The position numbers and the translations under genes were made by a program. A model generated the notes under the pieces. It was not told the origin of the DNA. It was given only the letters and a program-made list of their open reading frames with translations, and ran no database searches. DNA of 64,000 nt from Chrysomallon squamiferum (taxonomy: Eukaryota > Animalia > Mollusca), in assembly GCA_012295275.1 (NCBI GenBank), contig CM022674.1, positions 5,828,001-5,892,000 of the forward strand, given 5' to 3'. Every line of letters starts with the position of its first letter. The stretch's first letter is position 1. Positions 1 through 15,135 of this stretch are shown here, piece after piece.

Positions 1-1374
1 GCTGACATTTAATGTCAAAAGAAGTTTACCCAGTAAACTTCACTAAATTTTATTTTATTTCCACTAATGTACAAACATTTTGACAAACAATGAAAGTTTT
101 AATATTGACTGCAGCTGTCATTAAATAATACAGCAGATGAATCATGCAAAATGAACCATGTCGATTCTAAACAGCAGCATTGACCTGTAACTGTTACACA
201 TATGACATGCACTTGCATAACCCTAGTACATCCCATCATGCTTTGAAAATCACCATCTCTGCTTCCTCTCCACCCTTATTACTCATCAAGCAATGCAGGT
301 AAATCAACAAAGCATGAATATATTGATTATGTTGCCCAAAAAGAAAGCTAGATCTCTGTTACTGATCTGAAATGCAATCTGCCATTTTTTTTGTGATCAG
401 TTTTATTTTCACATAATTTTTTAATTATTTTATTTTATTACTTTTATTTTATTTTTATTTTTTTTTGAGTAATGATGATGATGATAATAGTAATAATAAT
501 AATAGACAAGAAAAAGTGATTTTGTTTGTTTTGGATATGGTTAGAAACGGCATAATTCTGTTTTTGTTTATTTTTTATGATTGAATTGATGCAATCTGTC
601 AGATGGCCATGCAGATCTTTTCAATCACAATTAACTATTTTATGCAATTACCGAGTTCGAATTAATTATTGAGTAACAGCCACTGTTGCTATTTACTATA
701 GTTTTGTTTTTGACACAAGACACTGAATAATTAAGTCAAACTCATTATGGGGGTTGTTACCATGCAGGGTAATAGTAGTGGGTGGAATAATCCTGTTTCT
801 TTTATGTTTCCTTTGAACATTTTTTTCTTTCTATCTTCATGTACGTTTTAAGATTCAGTAGTGTGTGAAGGTTTCTTTTTGCTGTGTGATTATGGGATAT
901 ATTTTATTCAAGTATATTACAAAATTATTGATTTTGTTATTAATTTAGTTAAATCGGAAAAAATTTCTCCAAATTTTTTTCACAAAATGTGAAAAATAGT
1001 TCTGGTTTAATCAGATTTCTTATAACCGCATATACTTTAAATTATTTATTTACCAGTAATAATGTCTGATATTTTAAAATAATGTCTTTTTCCTTTACAT
1101 TTTTTTTTTTTTTTCTGTTGGAAAAGTAGGGTTAGGTTCTATTAAGTTGAATAGCTATCATTATCTTCTGAAAATGGTATGATGGGCAATGTTTTATTCA
1201 GGAATATGAAAAATACAATTTAACAAAACATAATATAACAAACTTTTAAAATCTCTTTTTGTTGCATTTTGAAAAAATATTTTAGAATTCCTTTCACAAA
1301 ATTTGATTCCATATAATCAAAAATATATATTAAATTATTTATCTACCTGTAATAATGGTTACTGTTAAAACGTG

Positions 1375-1418
<44 letters not shown>

Positions 1419-1897
1419 AACAATTATTGGTTTAATCTTCTTCTAATGGAAAAGTTGTGTTTTGTTTGAACTTTCACTTCCGTTTAGGTTACGTTTTTTT
1501 CAAACCATGTATTTTCTCATTCCATTTGTACTGTGTTTCTTCTTGTTATTTTTTCTTTTGATATTTATTTGTTTCAAAAACCCATCTCGTCAGAGACTGA
1601 TCTGCTGATGAATTGTTTATTTTACACATCGGCTGAACATTGAACAGTTTTTTAGGGTTGATTGAAAACGATTGTTAAACAGGAAGTGAATTCAAATTGA
1701 ATTTCATTGTCGGGTCTGTCTGATTGAATATTTTGTAATTGCCTTGAGCAAGTTGTCAATAAATTAATCTTATTTTTTGAACACATACACACAGGTTTAA
1801 AAAAATAGCCTATTTATAATTGTTTTTAAATTTTTTTATTTTTAGCCTTTAACTATAAGTACTTAAGGCTTTAAAATATATATGTGTGTGTGTATAT

Positions 1898-1932
<35 letters not shown>

Positions 1933-2272
1933 ATTTATCATTCTTTATATATTATATATTTTTAAATATTTCAACTATTCTAATTTGTACATATATAATT
2001 AAATATAATGAATAAATGAATGAATAAATAAATGGGATAAAATATGAGGGTTACATTCAGCATACCCTGTCCCATTTTTGATGATCAGTGTTTCTTTTGT
2101 TTTAAATTACTAATTGTATACAGAATTTAAACCACACTTGTTTTCTGATATCCTTAATCAAACATACTTTGTTTTTGACGAAAGAAGAAAAACATCAACA
2201 ACATAAATAAATAAAATAATAATAATAATAAAAAGTGCAACTGTAATATGCGTTAGTTTCTTCTTTGTTAAG

Positions 2273-2315
<43 letters not shown>

Positions 2316-2469
2316 TATGGTTCGTTTTATCATTGGGTATCTCTTGATATGCGGATAATAACTGTAACAACAATATTTTTATCTTCTTTATTAATTACTG
2401 TAATTATTTTATTTATTTGTTTGTAAATTTATTTATTATAATAATAACCAAAATTATTAAAATTTATTA

Positions 2470-2930
2470 AGATCGCTGCTTTATTCACTGTTACTGCATC
2501 GGCGTGACGTCTGATATCCGAATTTTAACGAAAACTCACGTTTTCATTCGGAACATTTCGTACATTGCCGCTGGATTCACGGGATAATAAAAAAAAAAAA
2601 AAACGTAATGGTACCAAGACAACACCGATCATTTGGATTTCATTTTATATTTAAGTACAGTCAAATCGAACAATTGGTTTTTTGTCAGTGTAAGTATCAG
2701 TGCTGTTTTATTGTTTAGAAAAAATTGGCCATATAAATATTTCAAGTTCTCTTTTTTTCTAGGGCTTACCCTAAGAACAAAAACTGACAGAAAGTGTAAA
2801 ACTTGCCTTCGCGCCATTTTCCCCTCAAAGTTAAATTGCGGCATCATACGAATATTTTTGTCATCTGCTTTATTCAGTATACGTGGCAAATATCAGACGA
2901 TTCTTCAGGCAACATTTAATTACAGATTAG
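2470..2930. promoter_or_regulatory. CpG-enriched, higher-complexity segment; candidate distal promoter of the TTLL10 locus
   Basis: Many CG dinucleotides in otherwise CpG-poor DNA, a TGACGT (CRE-like) site at ~2505, and a position upstream of + strand exon-like segments. Confidence 0.4.
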
Positions 2931-4572
2931 TGTAGTTTTGGAGTTTTGTTTTTAGAATTATTTACCAGTTAAACGGGAAAACATTTATTATAAAATGAGG
3001 ACATTTACCTCTTCATTGTTTTAAACGATTTTCCTTCGTTTGTTTTATGATTATATAACTGTAAGTAATATAAACATAAAAATTGGAAGATCTCAAAGCT
3101 CTTTCTTAAAATACACATATTTTTTAAATGAAAATGATGTATATGCAATTTTACACGGCAACATATACATAATAAAAAATAATAATAAAAAAAAAAAAAT
3201 AAAAAAAACGAAAGAATTAACCAAAATCAATAATATCTGAAACATCAAAATAATCACAATACAGAAACACCTCAGTTTGACAAAAATTATAAAATAAAAT
3301 TATATTTAAAATACAAAAATAAATAAAATTAATTGTTTTGAAGCAAAATTTAGTGAGACAAGTAGTTTAAAATTAAAAAAAATATATATATGTATTTTTA
3401 TTTAACACTAATTCTATCATTCGGTTTTAAATAATATAAAACAGCAGATCCTCCCATATATATTTCAGAAATCATATTAACTATTTTCCTGATTGTGGAA
3501 AGGTATATTTAAATCTCCCTTACTGCTAAAATGCTTACTGAAAATTAGTATATCATAGTGACTGCAGAATTTTATATGATCAGTATTTATTATTAATTAT
3601 ATAAGTATTGTCAAATATCTATTACAATTAAAATGAGTTTAAAAATTTGTATTTTAATTAACAGAGGTGTATAAAATTTAAATAAACCAGTATATAATGG
3701 ATTTATGCTGAAAAGGCAGTTTAAATGAAATGTTTGAAGTGATTCACACTTGTCATTTTGCATGAGGTTTTATGTTCAAATGTTTGGTATCAAAAAAAAT
3801 GAAAAATACAGTGAAAAATTAACAGTATAATGGCTTTTAAATGATTACAGGTTTTTATTCAAATGTTTTATTATCATCATTTTATTTATTATTTTTTAAA
3901 ACTTTATTTTTACTTGTTGGATACCTCCTAAAGCTAAGTCATAATAAATAAGATTTCTTTTCTCATTTTTCTTCTTTTTCTTCTTCATATATCTATCTAT
4001 CTGTCTGCCTGTGTGCTTGTCTGTCTACCTATGTATGAAAGAAACCCTGAAAATTGTTTTTAGTAAAAATATTTATTATTCTGATCAAGTTGAAATATGT
4101 TAATCAGAATAAAATGTTCTGACACCTATACTTTGACCATTTGTGCAAAAACTGATTGTACTTTAAAGTATCTTTGAGAAGGAGGTTGATGTTTTTTATT
4201 GGCTAAATTAACAGTTGGTTGAAACCTATGAGGATGTGTTAACTTAATGACTAAGCTACTGACATAGTTAAAAAATATGGAAATGGAAATGAGTATTAAT
4301 ATATTTAACATCCTTAAACTTTGTTTATATTCATTATGATTAAAAATGTAAAACAGAAACAAAAATCTTAAAGTAATATTACATTTTTTGGCCTACTTGG
4401 ACTGAGTAGATCACTTATTTATTTTTATTATTTTTTTAAATGAATATCATTAAAAAAAAAAAAATAATAATAATAATAATAATAGTAATACAAATTTTCA
4501 AAAATTTTCAAAAATTAAAAAAAATAAAAATAAAAAAAAATATACTTAAAGAAATATTCCTTTCCATTCCAG

Positions 4573-4792
4573 CACCATAAAGTGGCACCTCCTTATTATG
4601 AAAACTTGTGTAACGAGCACCCTAGCTTAAAAAGGACGAGCAGGACGTAGTATGCCAGCATCCATAGTCCTGTCCAGGTCGTGTAATATATTCGAACCTG
4701 GCATAAGCAAAACAGAAATAGTATCGCGCCTGAAGGTTTTGTCTCTGTTTGTTAAATCTGAGAGTGTAAAGTTTTTTGAACGCAAGCACAAG
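4573..4792 (+). other. Candidate upstream exon (5' UTR or small-ORF exon)
   Basis: Acceptor tttccattccag at 4572 and donor AG|gtacgg at 4793. An ATG at 4652 is open for 47 codons to the donor (MPASIVLSRSCNIFEPG...FERKHK). Confidence 0.5.
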
Positions 4793-5251
4793 GTACGGTT
4801 GGCAGGTTAGTCAGAATACGATCCTCAACGTTTTGGGTCATTTTGAAAGCTCTTAGCACTAGTGAACCTGGAGTAGGGTTGTCTAGTTATTATGTTAGAT
4901 GCCAGAATCAACCTGATCTAGGGTTGTCTAGTTATAATAGCCAGAATCTCTGTCTGCATCCTGTATAACTGACTAACAATAATTGATTTATTAATCACTG
5001 ATAAAACAACTTTTGCTAAAATTATTGTAGTACATCAAAGGTCAGACAGGCTAGAAAAAACAAGGAGACATGATGTCTCCTTCAAAATGCATTAAAGTAA
5101 AGTGAGGTTTTTGTGAAGGCAACATGAACACAAGATTATAAAACATAACTAAAGCTGTTGTGGCGAATATAAAGATATTTTATTTCTAACATAAATATTA
5201 CATACAGACTCATCATATAAATGGTAAAGATTATTTAAGTGTTTTTTTCAG

Positions 5252-5311
5252 ATGTTTGTTTGTGATTACTTGCAGTGTATCGCTGTGAAACTCGGGCCCC
5301 AAGTCGCTTAG
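5252..5311 (+). other. Candidate small upstream exon
   Basis: Acceptor gtttttttcag and donor AG|gtttgt. Phase-0 reading is MFVCDYLQCIAVKLGPQVA*. Confidence 0.35.
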
Positions 5312-6707
5312 GTTTGTAAATTTTAATATTTACTGTACACGTCACTGACGTCCAGTCATTTGCCATATCATTTAATTCAATTTATATACAAGTTTAAGAC
5401 AGCTGTTTTATTGTCAACCTCTAATCACAAAAGGAAAACAATCCATTTTTACAGCTGAGGTAATTATTTCAATTTGTAACATTCACTGCTTGAATAATGT
5501 ATCTGCTTAGTTAGAATAAAATTACCAGGGGAGAGTATACAGGCCATAGTTATGATGATCTCTGCCAAAATCACTGCATTGGTTATATGTTAATTTCTAA
5601 ATACAATGACTTTGATAAAATGATTGCTATTGGCTAAGCAGATATGAGCTAGCCTATGAGAATGAAGAGTACATTACTGCTTTGGTAATATGAATGCCTT
5701 TGGTAAAAAGACTGTTACTGGCTAGGCAGACGTGAGCTAGCCTATCAGAATGTCAGACACATGCATTGAAAATATTAACATGATTTGGTTGGTTTCATTG
5801 ATTGTTTCTTGTATTTTTTTTTTTTTTTTTAGATGCCAGTGCAGTGTTTCTGGCAGAAAAAATAATAATAAAAATAATAAAAAAGTTTGGTTAAATGGTT
5901 GCATTTATGCAGACATATTTTGTATTGTTACAAACTAATATTTTACACTTAAATCTAAATCTGTATTCCATTCAGAATGTTTTCTGGATATCTTTCATGT
6001 TTAAAACTTTGAAACCAAAATATATATTTTAACTAACTAACTAAATAAATGAACATAATTTATAATTATTTCATTAAAAGGTTTGTAGGAAAATTAAAAT
6101 TCAGGTCAGAGTGAGCCAAAAATTGAAGATTTATCAGATTAAGTCAACTGCTGGTCAGTCCATTTGGGCATTTTTAAAGTCTTTTTTAAATAACATTTTT
6201 AATTTGCTTTTTACTGCTGCCAATATAGAGTCAGTAAGCCAATTAATTTTTAAAACGTTTGAACTAGCTTATGTCCACCTAAAGATCACATTTATACTAT
6301 ACCCTAGAGTGCCTGCTGAAAAGATTTTAAACTGTTATATAGATAACATATATGCTCTTATACTGAACAGTATTTTCTGGATATGAGATGAGATCCCTGT
6401 AGCTCTATGTTTTAGGCCCAGATATTTATCCTCAGTGGTTCTGAGGCTGTTACTAAACTGTATTCATACACTTGTACATTTATATATCATCTGCATTTAT
6501 ATATCATCATCATTAAATTATCAGCCATTGGTATAATCAGGTAATGCGGATTAACGTAATTTCAAATAACTTCGACAATTATGCCATTAAAAGTGTGTAG
6601 TATTTTTGTATGCTTTCCTTGTTTCCGTGTTTTGGTTTTTCCTTTCTTTGTCTGGATGTTTTTGTTCATCTCTTTGCAGATTCTTTATAATAAAATCCAT
6701 TCAAATG

Positions 6708-6870
<163 letters not shown>

Positions 6871-7025
6871 CATAAACATACTTAAATACATTTAAAGTAC
6901 AATTAAAAAAGCTAAAAATAGCAGCAGCAGTCTTTTTCATGTTTTTGTTTTTGTTTTCATAATATGTAAATTAAAATATTTTTATGTAAAATTAATGTAT
7001 GTGTGTATGTGTATGTGGATCCGTG

Positions 7026-7062
<37 letters not shown>

Positions 7063-7459
7063 TTATGTATGTATATGTATATTTATGTTGTATAAACTTC
7101 TTCAAAATGAAAATAACAATAATAAATGAATGAATGAATGAATTAATTAATAAAAAATTAAAATTTAAAAACATAAACGAGACCACAATACAATTACTCC
7201 AGTCCTTGCTTCCTAACTCCCACAAAATCACAGTCTGACGAACGTTGTGTTCTGTCCCACTGACATAATTGAGCTAATCTCTGTGGATTATCATAATCTG
7301 CTGATTATTTCCACAATGGCTGCCTGATTGTGTTGTAGAAACTAAGCATTATACACACTTGGTGAGAGATTTTTCAGTTGGCAGACATTTTTTTTTTCAC
7401 TCTCCTACTAACCTTGGAAATGTTCCTTATTTTGTGGGAATATAGATGTTTTTTTTAAA

Positions 7460-7650
7460 TCCTTGGAATAGTGAAAAGTAATTTTGTGGAATATTCAGCA
7501 TAAATTTATTTGAATGTTAACTTAATTTGTGGAATACCGAAAGTTAAATTTGTGGAATACCGAAAGTAAATTTGTGGAATACTGAAGTTAAATTTGTGGA
7601 ATATTGAAATTAAATTTGTGGAGTGTTGAAAATAAATTTATGCAATATTG
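7460..7650. repeat. ~20-bp minisatellite (aaatttgtggaatacYgaaagtt)
   Basis: Repeated ttgtggaata core. Confidence 0.8.
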
Positions 7651-7751
7651 ACTGCTTGGATTATGTCAGTTAGACATTAAGGACAGACAGAAAGTGAAAA
7701 TTAAATTTTTCTTTCTTGGTTTGGTTTGAGTATTTTGTGGATGTTTCCCTG

Positions 7752-7776
7752 ATGATTAATGTGTTCATGGCTGTTG
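7752..7776 (+). CDS. TTLL10: Candidate alternative first coding exon of TTLL10 (MINVFMAV or MAV, phase 1)
   Basis: ATG ATT AAT GTG TTC ATG GCT GTT G|gtaagt. The donor is canonical and its phase matches the exon at 15723. The donor is echoed in downstream repeats. Confidence 0.35.
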
Positions 7777-8560
7777 GTAAGTTGTATTTATGAATAAATA
7801 AATTTTTGTTTACTTACTTACATATATACACGTTTGTATGTATGTATATATGTGTGTGTGTATGTATGTATATGTGTGTGTTTATGTATGTATATATGTG
7901 TGTGTTTATGTATGTAAACTGTTGGTAAGTTGTATTTATGTATTTTTGTATATATGTGTGTGTATGTATGTATATATGTGTGTGTATGTATGTATATATG
8001 TAAACTGTTGGTATATGTTGTATTTATGAATAAATATATTTTTGTTTATGTATGTAAACATATTTATGAATAAATATATTTTGTTTACTTATTTACATAT
8101 ATACATGTGTGTATGTATGTATATATGTGTGTGTGTATGTATGTATATATGTGTGTGTGTATGTATGTATATATGTGTGTGTGTATGTATGTAAACTGTT
8201 GGTAAGATTTATGTAAGTATCAATATATTTTTGTTTACTTACATATATATGTGTATGTATATATATATATGTGTGTGTGCATATGTACATATGTATCTTT
8301 GTATATATGTATGTACATATGTGTGTATGTATGTGTGTGTGCATATGTACATATGTATCTTTGTATATATGTATGTATATATGTGTGTATGTATGTGTGT
8401 GTGCATATGTACATATGTATCTTTGTATATATGTATGTACGTATGCGTCTTTGTATGTATGTATGTACATAGGTATGCATGCATGTACATATGTATCTTC
8501 ATATGTATGTATGTGTACATATATATATACATATATATATACATATATATCAAATTACCA
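7777..8560. repeat. TATG/TG-rich compound satellite with embedded copies of ctgttggtaag
   Basis: Visible repeats with copies at ~7919, ~8005 and ~8196. Confidence 0.85.
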
Positions 8561-9111
8561 AAATACATATGTATGTGACTCTTAAGTGCTCAGGGACAGA
8601 ATATTGCATAAACAAATAGCTGTTATATGTCATGTTCATATGTTATGCATGTTTATAAAAGCTTGTTCACATACACACATATTTATAGATGAATACACAA
8701 ACACAGAAACACACATACTGATAGATGTACACATAAACATGCACGCACATATACATATAAGCAAATAAAAATGCATAGTAACTGAGTTTATTTATTTAGG
8801 AACATAATGCTGTTCTGGTAGTATTCATTAAGCTATTTCTCATTCTAGTGCTACTCTGCTGACTTAATACCTGTAAATTGTTGTCTGTGTGTATGTGTGT
8901 GTTTATAGGTATCTGCAGGCATGCATATTAGTGCAAGAGTGCGTTTGTACATGTGCATATGTGTGCTTATATTTGTATTTTTGTATGGATGTGTAAGTGT
9001 ATGATTTGTTGGTGTATGAAAATGTATGTGTATAAGCATGCATGTTGATGTTATGTCTGCATATGTCTGTTTGTTTGTATATATGCATGTGTGTATGTAT
9101 TCATAAATATA

Positions 9112-9144
<33 letters not shown>

Positions 9145-9171
9145 ATGTATGCTTACCTATATGTACATGTG

Positions 9172-9226
<55 letters not shown>

Positions 9227-11487
9227 GATTGGCATATATTAATGTGATTTATGATATTTCTGATTTTATTTACAAATATATACCTACTTACTGGTATTTG
9301 TTAATGTTGTAACTATAAATAATTAGTTAATTTCCATAAATCTGATTATTTCATTTGAAGAAAAATGTTATGAAGTGAAAACATGAGAGAAGCAAAGTGG
9401 AAAAGAATAACTAACTGAAGATAATAACAGCTTCAGCAGAAAAAGCAGTGGTGTTTTATTATTTTATAAAATTAGTAATAGTAGCAGCTGTAATAGTAAT
9501 AGTAATAGTTATAAAAGTAAGCAGTAGTAATAGTAGTAGCTATAATAGCAAGCTGTAGTAATAACTGTATGAATTGTATTAAAGAACAACATTTGTGAAA
9601 AAAATACTGACTTGCTTAATATTCATAGATTACATTTTTGATGTTTGTGAAGCCTACCAGTTGTTGCTTTGATCTGATGGATGGTTTTATCGTATTTTTA
9701 ATAATTGATTACACTTCTAGTCCTGCTTTGAATAATGAGGAATAACATCACATAAGCTCAATGCAAAGCATTAAGCCAAGATCTTACACAGTCCACAGCT
9801 GTCTACAAGCATTGTGACAAATAATGGTACCACCCAAAAACATCTTTTGTTTCCCCCCCACACCATATTTTGTTTCATATAATGATAGGAATAAGTGCTG
9901 ACATCACATGAAGGTGCACTCAAAAGGCATTTAAAGGTGTTAGAATTCTCCATAAATTTTCCAAATGACTGGCCAACATAACAATCATGGAAGCAATTTC
10001 TTAACTGCATAATTTAAAAAAAAAAAATTATTGATAATGCGAAAAATACATCTGTATCTTTATTTTTTCAAACTGATTTAGTTTATAAAATAATTTTGAA
10101 GACCAAATTTTTCAGTTGGTTCCTACAGGTTTAAGTAGCTAAGGTATCTAATGTAAACAATAAAAGTTAATGTGGAAAATGTACAGACATGGATATTTTT
10201 TGTTAAAATGTGATCCATTAAAAATGATGATGATGATGATGATGATACCTACCATATCTATAATTAAAATGAGTTTTTTTTTTTTTTTTTTTTTTTTTTA
10301 CCAGCTGTCAGTGGAGTAATGTTTTTTTTTTCATCTTTTGGGTTATGTTTGTGCATCTTCAACAGGATGAATGGTCAGTTGGAACAACAAATTGACTCAG
10401 ACTAAAAAAAATTAAAAAAAAATTAATCCTAATCCATTTTCTTCCTTTTCTTCATCAATTCAGCTATCATCTGAATATATTTGACAAATACAAAATGTCT
10501 GACAGACTGAGACTAGCATTTCTCAAAAATTCAGAACTAACAAAAAAAAAAAAAATGCTTTGGTTGTTGCACTTTGATAGTAATACTGATAGTAAAATAA
10601 CACATGTAACAGTAGCAATGTAGAAATATAATGTTACAAATAATGTTGTATACTTTTGAAAGAGCAGTATTATCTGCACAATACAGTAACATGAGTATGC
10701 ATATTCATGTACATGAATATTTACACAAACATACACAGACACATATAGATGCAAACAAACACACACACACACACACACACACATTAATACAAAGACACAC
10801 AAAGACACTCCCTATCCTTAAGATTAACACTCGGCTATGGCATTGCTATTTATAGACAAGCAGATAGGTTTTTTTTATCAGAAGGACCAAGTGACTGCCA
10901 ACAACAAAGCAGTGACTTGCTAGCACAGGCACCCATCATGCACAGCTACTGGTAACCATAGATGAGACCGACTGTTTAGTAAACAAACCTTTACATTACC
11001 ACGGTTAAAACTGTCTCCCTCTTTACGTTCCAAACTACCATTTGACAATGTCAGGCACTGTTGCGCCATTGTTATATGCATTTTTAATTTTAACAGCTGC
11101 CTGTCTATAAAACGTTTAGCAATAGGCTGAGAGAGAAAGAGCGAGAGAGAGAAAAAAAAAGAACAAGAAAACAATAAACCCCATACTAACCAGCCGTACA
11201 TTGCATGTCTCTGTGTATTTGGGATCTGTCGGTGAAAACCAATACTTGTTGTGTATTTGTTCACTGTTCTAGTCTGGTGCCTGGTGGTGCTGGTGCTTGT
11301 GGTGCCTATTAAAACACATACCTATTATTATTTTTTTTTATTTATGTTTTTTTTTTTCTTCTAAAAAAAAAATCCCTTTTGTTATTTTCATACGAGTCCT
11401 AGTGTTCGGAGTATAATATTTGTTGAGTTTATTGAGTGAACTATGATTGTACTTTTGCACCTGCGATTTTGTTGATTGGTGTTACCT

Positions 11488-11503
11488 ATGTCCACAAATA
11501 CTG
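11488..11503 (+). CDS. TTLL10: Candidate alternative first coding exon of TTLL10 (MSTNT, phase 1)
   Basis: ATG TCC ACA AAT ACT G|gtaggt, with an in-frame stop upstream. It follows a higher-complexity promoter/UTR-like stretch at 10860-11490. Confidence 0.4.
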
Positions 11504-11629
11504 GTAGGTAAAACTATTCTTGTTGTATTAATGACATGTTAATATGATGTTTTTTAATGCTACCTGTTAATGTTTCTGAGACTGTTGTTATTCTTTCTGT
11601 TACTGTGTAATTGTTGCTCCTGTTTTTGC

Positions 11630-11780
11630 TGTAATTATTATTATGTTATTATTATTACTACTACTACTACTATTACTACTACTACTACTATTATTTGATT
11701 ATTATTATTATTATTACTACTACCTTTATTACTGCTCTATTATTCTATTATTATTATTAAAACTACTGCTGTTATTTTTC

Positions 11781-11813
<33 letters not shown>

Positions 11814-11918
11814 TATTATTATCATTATTACTATTACTATTATTATTATTATTATTATTACTATTATTACTATTATTATTATTATCATTATTACTATTAC
11901 TATTATTATTACTACCAC

Positions 11919-11970
<52 letters not shown>

Positions 11971-12390
11971 GTTGGTGATAGCTGAAATAACTAAAATAAA
12001 AATCACTATTATCGTATTAACATATTTTAGTTTATAATAATTTTGGTAAAAACATGGTTATGTAATCAATAATAACTACTGCTGTTACCAGGGCCACAAC
12101 AACTACTACTACTTCCATTATTGTTGTTGTTGTTCTTATTAACTCCTAATATATTCGGCACTATTCATACTACTAATTACTAGTACTACTTATTATTCCT
12201 ATTCTGTTATTCTTATTCTTATTATCATTATCATTATTGTTATTGTTGTTTTTGTTATTTATTATTGTTATTATTAACAGTAGTAGCAGTTGTAGAGTGA
12301 TACTGCTACTTCTACTACCACTATTATTATTACTTTTATTAATATTATTATTGTTATTTATAATAATCATCATCATCATCATCATTAGTC
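11630..12390. repeat. (TTA/CTA/TCA)n trinucleotide microsatellite tract
   Basis: Directly visible. Confidence 0.9.
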
Positions 12391-12664
12391 ATCATTTCAG
12401 CTTTAATTGATGAAGTTAGAATTTTTTTTTTTTTAAATGATTTATTATAAAGAATTATATTAAAAATTAATATTATTTTCTGTTTAAACACAGTAAACAG
12501 GCATAAAAAATGACAGACATAAAAAATCTTTAAAAAAAAAAGGATTCAGTTTATTTTCCATTAAGGATATTGTGTAAGCACTTTCCCATGTACAAGGCAG
12601 CACTTACCATAACATTTGATGCACAGTGAAGGATAAACTGCTAAGAAGCTAGAATTTGATTTTA

Positions 12665-13292
<628 letters not shown>

Positions 13293-13468
13293 TTGTTTTG
13301 GTTCATATAAACTACTTTATTATACTTCATTTATGTAAGCCAGTAGTTCAAGTTTTGAAATATTCATTTATGAGTTTGTGTACTTGAATCAGTCAGCAGT
13401 AGACTTCCATTTATACCAGCAGTTTGTTTAAAACTTAGTCTTTTATTTATTTATTTATTTACTTATAC

Positions 13469-13515
<47 letters not shown>

Positions 13516-13703
13516 TTAATTAATTAATTAATTAATTTATTTATTTATTTATTGATTTATTAATTAATTAATTTCTTTATTTATTTCTTTCTTTATTTAT
13601 TTCTTTATTCATTTGTAATATAAATTACCTGTTGATTATGTGAAGTTTTTAATGTTATTTAATTTATCTTTTAAATCAGCAAAGAGCTGTGAATAGTTAA
13701 GTT

Positions 13704-13743
13704 ATGACACACTTCACGTGGATGACTTCCATAGATCCTAGCA
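13704..13743 (+). CDS. TTLL10: Candidate alternative first coding exon of TTLL10 (MTHFTWMTSIDPS, phase 1)
   Basis: Acceptor-like ttttaaatcag at 13679, ATG at 13704 and donor A|gtaaga at 13744. The phase matches exon 15723. Confidence 0.3.
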
Positions 13744-13987
13744 GTAAGATGATACCCAGAAGCTCTCGAGACTTGTTTGTTAATTCCTTGAAAAGAGGAA
13801 ATCCGCTTAGTGAACAAACTGCTACAGTTACACACAGACATGCAAAGAGACATACAGACAGACATAGGCACACCCATGTACAGACACACAGAAAGAGATA
13901 CTGACAGAGAAAAACAAACAAACACACACACACAAAAAAACAGAGACACACATATGCCAAAACATTCACATGCACCTATACATACAG

Positions 13988-14027
<40 letters not shown>

Positions 14028-14149
14028 ATATATAACACATACAGACACACACATTTACATACAGACACACACACACACACACAAACACACACATATACAG
14101 ACATACACACACACACACACACACATATACAGACAGACACATACACAGT

Positions 14150-14400
14150 GTTTAATGTCATGGATCACAGCAACAAACCTCAGTGGTGTATCAAAGTGCC
14201 AATTTTCTGTTCTAGCCTGAACTCCTGTGTCATATAATCATGGGTTTTTTCCCCCTGTCTGTGGCAAGCTGTGCATATCAAAGATCTTGCATGCTGCTAG
14301 TTAATTAATGTTACCTGTGTCACCAGGGTGTTTTTCTTTTCAATGTTTCTGTAAAAAGGTATTCATTATGTACGTAACAAGCCATTTATCTGGCACCTTG
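14150..14400 (+). mobile_element. Degenerate Nin-domain SINE fragment
   Basis: cctgtctgtggcaagctgtgcatatcaaagatc..tgctgcta resembles the Nin core CCTGTCTGTGGGA..GTGCATATAAAAGATCCCTTGCTGCTA as recalled from mollusc SINEs. Confidence 0.55.
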
Positions 14401-14559
14401 CAACTGCTAAAGTGAGATTGATATCAGTAAAAAGTTATTGTTTGATATATATATATATATATATATATATCCCTCCCACCCCAAAAAAAAAGAAAAGAAA
14501 AAATAAGTAATATAGCAAAACCTTGCTGTTTGATAGTTAATAATTATCCGTTAATACAA

Positions 14560-15135
14560 TGATGAAACAAAAAAGATATATTTATTTAATCATATTCTCT
14601 GCACATTTTAATCCACTGTAATGTTTGGTCATACTTAAAGTTTATGATCATATATAAAATGAGAGAAATATAACTGCTGTTTTATTATGGATTAATAAAT
14701 ATTATTATGACCTTTTTTGAAAAAATTTCATTTTCGTACAGAAAGAAGATATGTTTATTTAACGACATACATTTTAATCTGCTGTTTCTTTATGTCATAC
14801 TTAAGATTTATGATCATAACTAAATTGAGAGGCATCAACCATATTATTATAGTCTTGTCAAGAAAATTCATGTTAATGTGTTAGTATGATAACGAATGAA
14901 AGAAGATATATTTATTTAACTACATACTCTATACAATTTTAAATCCACTATTAAGTCATGCTCAAGGTGCATGAAAGTTGAAACCTTCCTCATTGTATTA
15001 TAGCTAATAATTCTACATTAATATGATAATGAAAGAAAGAAGATATATTTAACAATTTACTCTGTATATTTAATTCCACTATTAAGCCATGTCATATTGA
15101 ATGTTTGTGATTGTAAACATAATGAGAGGAATTCA
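14560..15135 (-). mobile_element. About four tandem degenerate copies of a SINE 3' tail in reverse orientation
   Basis: Recurrent unit aagaagatat.tttatttaac...acattttaatcc...tcatacttaa...tgagag at ~14570, ~14740, ~14900 and ~15035. Confidence 0.5.

Noticed and set aside
130-298. Possible exon ending at CAG|gtaaat (299)
   Set aside because: Only short ORFs with no recognisable homology, and no demonstrable link to downstream exons.
1606-1723. TGATGA...CTGA as a box C/D snoRNA
   Set aside because: The C box is imperfect, and there is no clear terminal stem or recognisable rRNA guide.
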